From positions 1,184,001-1,248,000 of the forward strand of contig OY762940.1 in assembly GCA_963667255.1 (NCBI GenBank): 64,000 bases of DNA, in the 5' to 3' direction. The notes below the pieces were generated by a model, which made no database searches, had not been told where the DNA came from, and saw nothing but the letters and a program-made list of their open reading frames with translations. A program made the position numbers and the translations under genes. Numbering within the stretch: the first letter of the stretch is position 1; each line of letters begins with the position of its first letter. This DNA is from Candidatus Cloacimonadota bacterium (GTDB lineage: Bacteria; Cloacimonadota; Cloacimonadia; G963667145). This document shows, in pieces, positions 58,278-64,000 of the stretch.

Positions 58278-60977
58278 CTAATGTGCGTCCAGCCAATTAT
58301 CGGCAACCTTTATGTCAACAGTCAGCTTAATCCCGCAATCGAACTCGTATTCCATCTCTTTTTTTATCAAAGGCAGAAGATTTTCGATATCAGATTTCGG
58401 AATTTCAAAAACTAACTCGTCATGCACTTGAAGAACCATTTTTGCATTCTCGGGCAAAACCTTTTGCAATTTTGTCATCGCCAGTTTTATGATGTCGGAA
58501 GCCGTCCCCTGAATAGGCATATTGACGGCAATCCTCTCAGCTTGAGCCTTGAGTCTGCTGTTAGTGGACAAAATATCCGGCAACTGAAGTTTTCGTCCAA
58601 AAAAAGTCCGCACCGACTCTTCGTGAGTAGCTTGCTTAATCTGATTTTCGATAAAATCTTTAACCGTTTTAAATTTTTCAAAATACTTTTCGATAAAGGA
58701 TTTTGCTTCAACAACCGAAATTCCGGTCGATTTTGCCAAAGATTTTGCTCCCATACCGTAGATAATCCCGAAATTTATTGTTTTCGCCAAGGCTCTTTCC
58801 GTTCTTCCAATCTCGTTCCCCTCAAAAATCAATTTTGCCGTTTGCATATGCACATCTTCATTATTTTTGAATGAGTTTAGCAAAATCTCATCTTGGCATA
58901 ACGCTGCTAAAATTTTCAACTCCATTTGCGAATAGTCGGCAGCTACGATGCAATATTGGTCGTTTTGGGCAACAAACGCTCTTCTGATTTTCTTGCCTTC
59001 ATCGGATTTTACGGGAATATTTTGCAAATTTGGATTTGAGCTGGATAGTCTGCCTGTGGAAGTAATTGCTTGATTAAAATTGGTATGAACCCTCTTCGTT
59101 ACGGGATTAATCAGCTTTGGCAGAGCGTTGATATAGGTTGAAAGCAACTTGTTTATCGTTCTGAATTTCAAAATTTCTTTCACAATTTCGTGCTCGTTAA
59201 TCAGGTTTTCCAAAACAGCTTCGGAGGTAGAAAAGCCGGTTTTTGTTTTGGCGGTAGCTGTTAAACGCAGTTTTCCAAACAAAATTTCCTGCATCTGTTT
59301 TGGAGAGTTCAGGTTGAACTTTTCGCCTGCCAAATCGTAAATATTTTTTTCACAAACAATTATCAGTTGCTCCAACTCTCCTCTTTGCTTTTGCAAAACG
59401 GTTTTGTCTATATACACACCGTTCAATTCCATTTGTGCCAACACCGGAACCAAAGGCATCTCAATAGTCGTAAACAATTCGTATAGTTGCAAATCGACCA
59501 ATTTGGATTTGTATTTTTTATACAATTTGCAAGTTATAAAAACATCTTCACAAGAGTATTCGGCAGCTTTTGTTGGGGAAATCTCGCTAAATTTTGCACC
59601 GCTTGTTACAGCGGAAAACTGTATCATCTTCTTGCTAAATTCCTGAAAAGCACAATCTTCCAAGCTCAATCCGCCTCTCCCGGGCTTCATCAGATAAACA
59701 GCAATCATCGTATCAAAATATATCACATTTTTGGGCGAAAATTCATTTTGGGTTAGAAATTTTAAGTCAAATTTAAGATTGTGCCCGATGAGGGTTTTGT
59801 TATTCAATTTGTCGAAAATTGAGTTTAACTCATTATTTGTCCATGTGATGCCTTGGTGCAGGATTGGGAAATAAAAAGATTTTTCATCAAGAAAACAAAA
59901 GCTGATGCCCACAAGCTCATCTTGGAAAGGGTCAAGCCCGTTAGTCTCGGTATCTATCACAACTATCTCTTCTTCTCCAAGCCTATCTAACAATGTTTGC
60001 AACTTTTTTGGGGTATCAATTAGCTCGTAATCAAAACTAAAATATTCATCGCTATTTGGTTGACTGGAAGGCTCATCAAACAATGTCAGCTGGACATTTG
60101 AATAATTTTTGGGAATCTCTTTTGGAGCGAATTTGCTAATCCTCTCTGCCAAATTCCACAATTGTTGCTCTTTTAAATAAGCAGACAAATCTTTCAGCTT
60201 TTCCGTGCTGAACGCTAAGTTGAGATTGTCAAATTGCAAATCTGTGACAATAGTGGCTAACTTTTGGGACAAAAAAGCGTTCTCTTTGTTTTCAATTAGT
60301 TTATTTTGCAGAGAACTCGGCTTTATTTGATCTATATTTTCATAAATATTTTCCAAACTTGAAAATTCCAGCAAAAGCTTTTCCGCACCTTTTTTGCCTA
60401 CTCCTTTTATCCCGGGAATATTGTCCGCACTGTCCCCCATTATCGCCAAATAATCAATCATTTGAGCGGGTAAAATCCCCAGCTTGTCTTGGACGAAATT
60501 TATATCAATCAGAGAGTTTTTGCTCAGGTCGAACATCGTCACGCTCTCATCTATCAGTTGAAAGAAATCCTTATCTCCGGAAACAATCACGACCTCATAA
60601 TCTTTTTTCATTTTCGTGGCGAAAGAACCGATAATGTCGTCAGCCTCATACCCGTCTTTTTTCAGATTCTCAATATTTAGAGATTGGAAAATTTCTTGAA
60701 TGATTTTGACTTGAGAGATTAAATCTTCTGGCATCGGAGGTCTATTTGCTTTGTATTCGTGATAAACATCGTTGCGGAAAGAGCCACCTTTTTGGTCAAA
60801 AGTAACAGCGAGTTTGTCTGGTTTGAAATCTTTAATAAAGCTAAAAAACATATTGAAAGTGCCATAAATAGCACTTATATTTTCGCCTTTGTCGTTGGTC
60901 AGCGGATTGCGAGAAAAAGCGTAATGTGCTCGATAAACCAAAGCACTACCGTCAATTATGTAAATCTTCTCTCTCAT
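58278..60977 (-). CDS. polA: DNA polymerase I
   Basis: 5'-3' exo (IDGS, YKANR, EADD, GDKD, GDSADN), 3'-5' exo (DTET, HNLKFD), polymerase (TGRLSS..PNLQNIP, DYSQ.E, INFGIIYG, QVHDE). Confidence 0.97.
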   Translation of the reverse strand: MREKIYIIDGSALVYRAHYAFSRNPLTNDKGENISAIYGTFNMFFSFIKDFKPDKLAVTFDQKGGSFRNDVYHEYKANRPPMPEDLISQVKIIQEIFQSLNIENLKKDGYEADDIIGSFATKMKKDYEVVIVSGDKDFFQLIDESVTMFDLSKNSLIDINFVQDKLGILPAQMIDYLAIMGDSADNIPGIKGVGKKGAEKLLLEFSSLENIYENIDQIKPSSLQNKLIENKENAFLSQKLATIVTDLQFDNLNLAFSTEKLKDLSAYLKEQQLWNLAERISKFAPKEIPKNYSNVQLTLFDEPSSQPNSDEYFSFDYELIDTPKKLQTLLDRLGEEEIVVIDTETNGLDPFQDELVGISFCFLDEKSFYFPILHQGITWTNNELNSIFDKLNNKTLIGHNLKFDLKFLTQNEFSPKNVIYFDTMIAVYLMKPGRGGLSLEDCAFQEFSKKMIQFSAVTSGAKFSEISPTKAAEYSCEDVFITCKLYKKYKSKLVDLQLYELFTTIEMPLVPVLAQMELNGVYIDKTVLQKQRGELEQLIIVCEKNIYDLAGEKFNLNSPKQMQEILFGKLRLTATAKTKTGFSTSEAVLENLINEHEIVKEILKFRTINKLLSTYINALPKLINPVTKRVHTNFNQAITSTGRLSSSNPNLQNIPVKSDEGKKIRRAFVAQNDQYCIVAADYSQMELKILAALCQDEILLNSFKNNEDVHMQTAKLIFEGNEIGRTERALAKTINFGIIYGMGAKSLAKSTGISVVEAKSFIEKYFEKFKTVKDFIENQIKQATHEESVRTFFGRKLQLPDILSTNSRLKAQAERIAVNMPIQGTASDIIKLAMTKLQKVLPENAKMVLQVHDELVFEIPKSDIENLLPLIKKEMEYEFDCGIKLTVDIKVADNWLDAH

Positions 60978-62167
60978 TTTTTAACCAATTTGACGAGTTT
61001 AATAGCTTTCTTGTCCGATTTTTCAACAGTCAGTTGGCAATCGCCTATTCTGAGATTATCGCCGATTTTGGGAATAGATTCCATGGTAAACAAAATAAGT
61101 CCGGCAATAGTGTTATAATCTTGGTTCTCAGGCAAATCCAGTTTATATTCTTCGTTCAGATAGTCAATTTCAGCTTTCCCATTTATCAAAAATGAGTCGC
61201 TATTCAGCTGCTTGACCAAGATTTCGTTATCCAAATCGTATTCGTCTTCAATCTCGCCGACCAACTCTTCTAAAATATCCTCAATAGTTACTATCCCCGA
61301 AGTGCCACCATAAGAATCGACAAGCACACAAAAAACGCTTTTGTTGCTTTGCATATTTCGCAAAAGTTTATCAATTTCAATATTGTCGGGAGCAAAATGC
61401 GGTTTTCGCATTATGTCTTGAATACTCTTTTTATCAACCTTCAACAAATCGTATAAAGTCAGCACTCCAACGATTTTGTCGATAGTTTCCAAATAGACGG
61501 GAAACCTCGTATATCCGCTTTCTTTCGCCAGATTTATAGCCTCGTGCAACTGTTCTTCTTGATTGATGGCGACAATGTCAGTTCGCGGTGTCATTATCTT
61601 TCGAGCTTCCACCACAGAAAATTCTAACCCTTCTTGTATTAAATCTTCTTTAGTTTCTTCGTCTTCATCATCCAGGATGCTGGCTAATTGGTAAGGCAAT
61701 ATCTTCTCTTCCAAGATTTTCTCGTCACCCTCCAATTTTTTTATTAGTTTTGAGATAAATAAGCTGAACGGATAAAATAGCTTGTAGAAGAACAAAAAGA
61801 AAGGTAAGGATTTTTTAACTAACTCCTCGGAATACTCTTTATACAAAATTTTGGGTAAACTCTCAGCAAAAATCACCATAAATCCCGAGAGAAAGAGCGA
61901 CAAAATCTCTGAAGAATAGGGTAATCTCAAATTTTGCGAACAATAATATGTAAACAGCGAAGCGAGGGCAATATTGGACAGATTGTTTCCTATGAGAACA
62001 GAAGAGATGACTTTTTCTATATTCAAGCACAAAGAGTAAACTTTTTTGGAAATTTTGCTTTTTTCGGCGTCGAGCTTGAGAGCAACTTTGTCCAAGGTTA
62101 AAAACCCAGTTTCCAATCCCGAAAAAAAAGCGGAAAGACAGAAGAATAAAAACAGGAGATAAATCAT
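60974..62167 (-). CDS. CNNM/DUF21-CBS-CorC (hemolysin-family) protein
   Basis: FFSG.E, LIGNN, E..PK, IMTPR, YTRFPVY, VDSYGG..GIVT.EDILEELVGEI, TIAG. Confidence 0.92.
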   Translation of the reverse strand: MIYLLFLFFCLSAFFSGLETGFLTLDKVALKLDAEKSKISKKVYSLCLNIEKVISSVLIGNNLSNIALASLFTYYCSQNLRLPYSSEILSLFLSGFMVIFAESLPKILYKEYSEELVKKSLPFFLFFYKLFYPFSLFISKLIKKLEGDEKILEEKILPYQLASILDDEDEETKEDLIQEGLEFSVVEARKIMTPRTDIVAINQEEQLHEAINLAKESGYTRFPVYLETIDKIVGVLTLYDLLKVDKKSIQDIMRKPHFAPDNIEIDKLLRNMQSNKSVFCVLVDSYGGTSGIVTIEDILEELVGEIEDEYDLDNEILVKQLNSDSFLINGKAEIDYLNEEYKLDLPENQDYNTIAGLILFTMESIPKIGDNLRIGDCQLTVEKSDKKAIKLVKLVKK

Positions 62168-62871
62168 TTTTTTCGGCTAAATCGCAATCTCCAAACCATA
62201 AAAATTGCTTCAAAAACAATGCTTTTACTCATCTTTGATTGCCCTAGCGTCCTGTCTGTGAACACAATGGGAATCTCTTTTATTTTGAAACCCTTTCTCC
62301 ATGCTTTGTAATTCATCTCAATTTGAAAAGAGTAGCCTTCAGCATGAACTTTGTCTAAATTAATAGCTTTCAGAACTTTTGCTCTAAAACACTTAAAACC
62401 GCCGGTTGGGTCTTTAATCTGCATTCCCGTGAGAAACCTGACATAAAAAGATGCTCCATAACTCAAAAACAGCCTTTTCAGTGGCCAATTGACGATGTGC
62501 ACTCCCTTTATGTAGCGAGAGCCTATTACTAAGTCAGCATCATTGCACGCTTCCAACAATCGGGGAATATCGCTTGGGTCGTGAGACAAATCTGCATCCA
62601 TCTCCATGATATACTCGTATCCCTTTTTCAAAGCGAATTTGAACCCGCGAATATAAGCAGAACCAAGTCCCATCTTTCTCGGTCTCACAATCAAATTAAT
62701 TCTTGGGTCTTTGTCCGCTAATTCCTGCACCAATTCGTAGGTTTTGTCAGTGGAATTATCATCAATAATCAAGATATCCAAATCGCTTTTGGCTTCAAAA
62801 ACTTTAGCAAACAAAGATTCAATATTGCATCTTTCGTTATAGGTAGGGATAATAATTAGAGTATTATTCAA
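62164..62871 (-). CDS. Polyprenol-phosphate mannose synthase-like GT2 glycosyltransferase
   Basis: IIPTYNE, DDNS.D, GLGSAY, MDADLSH, GSRY, D.TGGF, GYSFQIE, F.DR..G.SK. Confidence 0.9.
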   Translation of the reverse strand: MNNTLIIIPTYNERCNIESLFAKVFEAKSDLDILIIDDNSTDKTYELVQELADKDPRINLIVRPRKMGLGSAYIRGFKFALKKGYEYIMEMDADLSHDPSDIPRLLEACNDADLVIGSRYIKGVHIVNWPLKRLFLSYGASFYVRFLTGMQIKDPTGGFKCFRAKVLKAINLDKVHAEGYSFQIEMNYKAWRKGFKIKEIPIVFTDRTLGQSKMSKSIVFEAIFMVWRLRFSRKK

Positions 62872-64000
62872 AGTAACCTCTCTTCATATTTTCGTTGCTT
62901 TCCACCAAGGCTTTGATAGGCTCTAAGGCATTAATGGAACGAGTTTCGAGAACTTTCAAAATAGTTCCTCCTCCTGTGAAAAAATAGTAGTTAGGGTCAT
63001 CGTCTGCCTTACGGAAAAGATTGGGCAGTCCCAATTTAAATTCCTGGTTCGTGTCGCCACCGCCATAGAGTTTATGAGCTTTTTTATTCCCGTCGATAGC
63101 TGTGTACAGGGCTATACTCCCCTCCAAATAATGAGGACTAAAACCCATAACAGCATTAACAAAAATAGTTTTTGCAGAAGACAAAGCAGCTTTTATATCG
63201 TCCTGTTCGACAAACGAAGATGCCGCATCTACTATGTAACCAACCTTTTTTCTTTTTTGCAAATCTTCCAAGGTCACCTCTTTCCAGTCAGCTTCATCTT
63301 TCCCTGCCAATTTATCAGCTTCGACGAGATGCCTGATAAGAAGTATCTTGTGCTCATCATCTTTAACCGCTTGTATAAATTTTTTAGCTTGCTCTTTTTG
63401 CTCTGGCAAAACTCCCGCAATATCCAAATCGTATTTTGCCGCAATGTATGTATTGTAAATATGACCACCCAAAATCAAATGGTCAACTGTTTTGATAATA
63501 GAGGTCAAAGTCTCTATCTTCGTGTCAAATTTCATTCCGGCAATCACGGCAATCATCGGCTTTTTTGGTTTCAATACACTCTTCAGATTTTGAACTTCAT
63601 ATTGCATCAGATATCCTGCGTAGGACGGAAGATACTTGGCAACTCCGCAAGTTGAGGCGTGTGCCTGCCACGAACCAAAAGCATCGTTGACGAAAATATC
63701 AGCCAATCCCGCCAATTGTCTGCTCAGGATATCCTCTTCCTCTCCACCCGCTTCTTCGCCTTCAAACCAACGCGTATTGGGCAAATATATACCACCAATT
63801 TTCCGTTTTTGCAGTTGTCTTATCAACAAGTTAATCGAAGTATCAATCGTTTTAATGGATTTACCAAAGTCAATTTTGGGAATTACAAATTTTGTATAAA
63901 GCCTATTTTCCAAATATCTGACAATTGGCTCAACGGAGTCCATCTCCTTAATCTGAATACTACCATCTTTGCTGCGAGGACGACCAACATGACTCATCAA
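62864..64000 (-). CDS. pgk: Phosphoglycerate kinase (divergent), 5' truncated by window edge
   Basis: SHVGRP, NTR, FVNDAFG..AHAS, AG.K..TKI, GGGDT, TGGG. Confidence 0.85.
   Translation of the reverse strand: MMSHVGRPRSKDGSIQIKEMDSVEPIVRYLENRLYTKFVIPKIDFGKSIKTIDTSINLLIRQLQKRKIGGIYLPNTRWFEGEEAGGEEEDILSRQLAGLADIFVNDAFGSWQAHASTCGVAKYLPSYAGYLMQYEVQNLKSVLKPKKPMIAVIAGMKFDTKIETLTSIIKTVDHLILGGHIYNTYIAAKYDLDIAGVLPEQKEQAKKFIQAVKDDEHKILLIRHLVEADKLAGKDEADWKEVTLEDLQKRKKVGYIVDAASSFVEQDDIKAALSSAKTIFVNAVMGFSPHYLEGSIALYTAIDGNKKAHKLYGGGDTNQEFKLGLPNLFRKADDDPNYYFFTGGGTILKVLETRSINALEPIKALVESNENMKRGYFE

Overview
AT-rich chromosomal segment from a diderm (LolC/E, MlaE, lipoproteins), probably anaerobic bacterium; the lineage cannot be fixed from sequence alone. 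It is mostly housekeeping DNA: proS, murA, a dcw cluster with a MurE-MurF fusion, nusB, glyQ, PBP1A, alr, yicC, rnr, dnaG, psd and lysA on the + strand, then fusA, dnaB, gmk/rpoZ, an AddA-like helicase-nuclease, polA and pgk on the - strand. There are two accessory spots. (1) At 26.1-28.4 kb, an IS256/Mutator-like element (TIRs, 8-bp TSD, transposase broken by an 88-bp duplication) and a higBA-type TA pair with a dead toxin sit beside a 28-bp dif (XerCD)-like site, suggesting the replication terminus region. (2) At 40.6-44.2 kb, a very AT-rich two-gene insert encodes PNP/MTAN-nucleosidase + Ppx/GppA-like ASKHA + NDT-like (705 aa) and Ppx/GppA-like ASKHA + NDT-like (427 aa) paralogues. This is the best candidate for an undescribed nucleotide-sensing or nucleotide-depleting (probably anti-phage) system. 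No rRNA, tRNA or CRISPR array was recognised. All calls are by motif recognition by eye; no database search was run.
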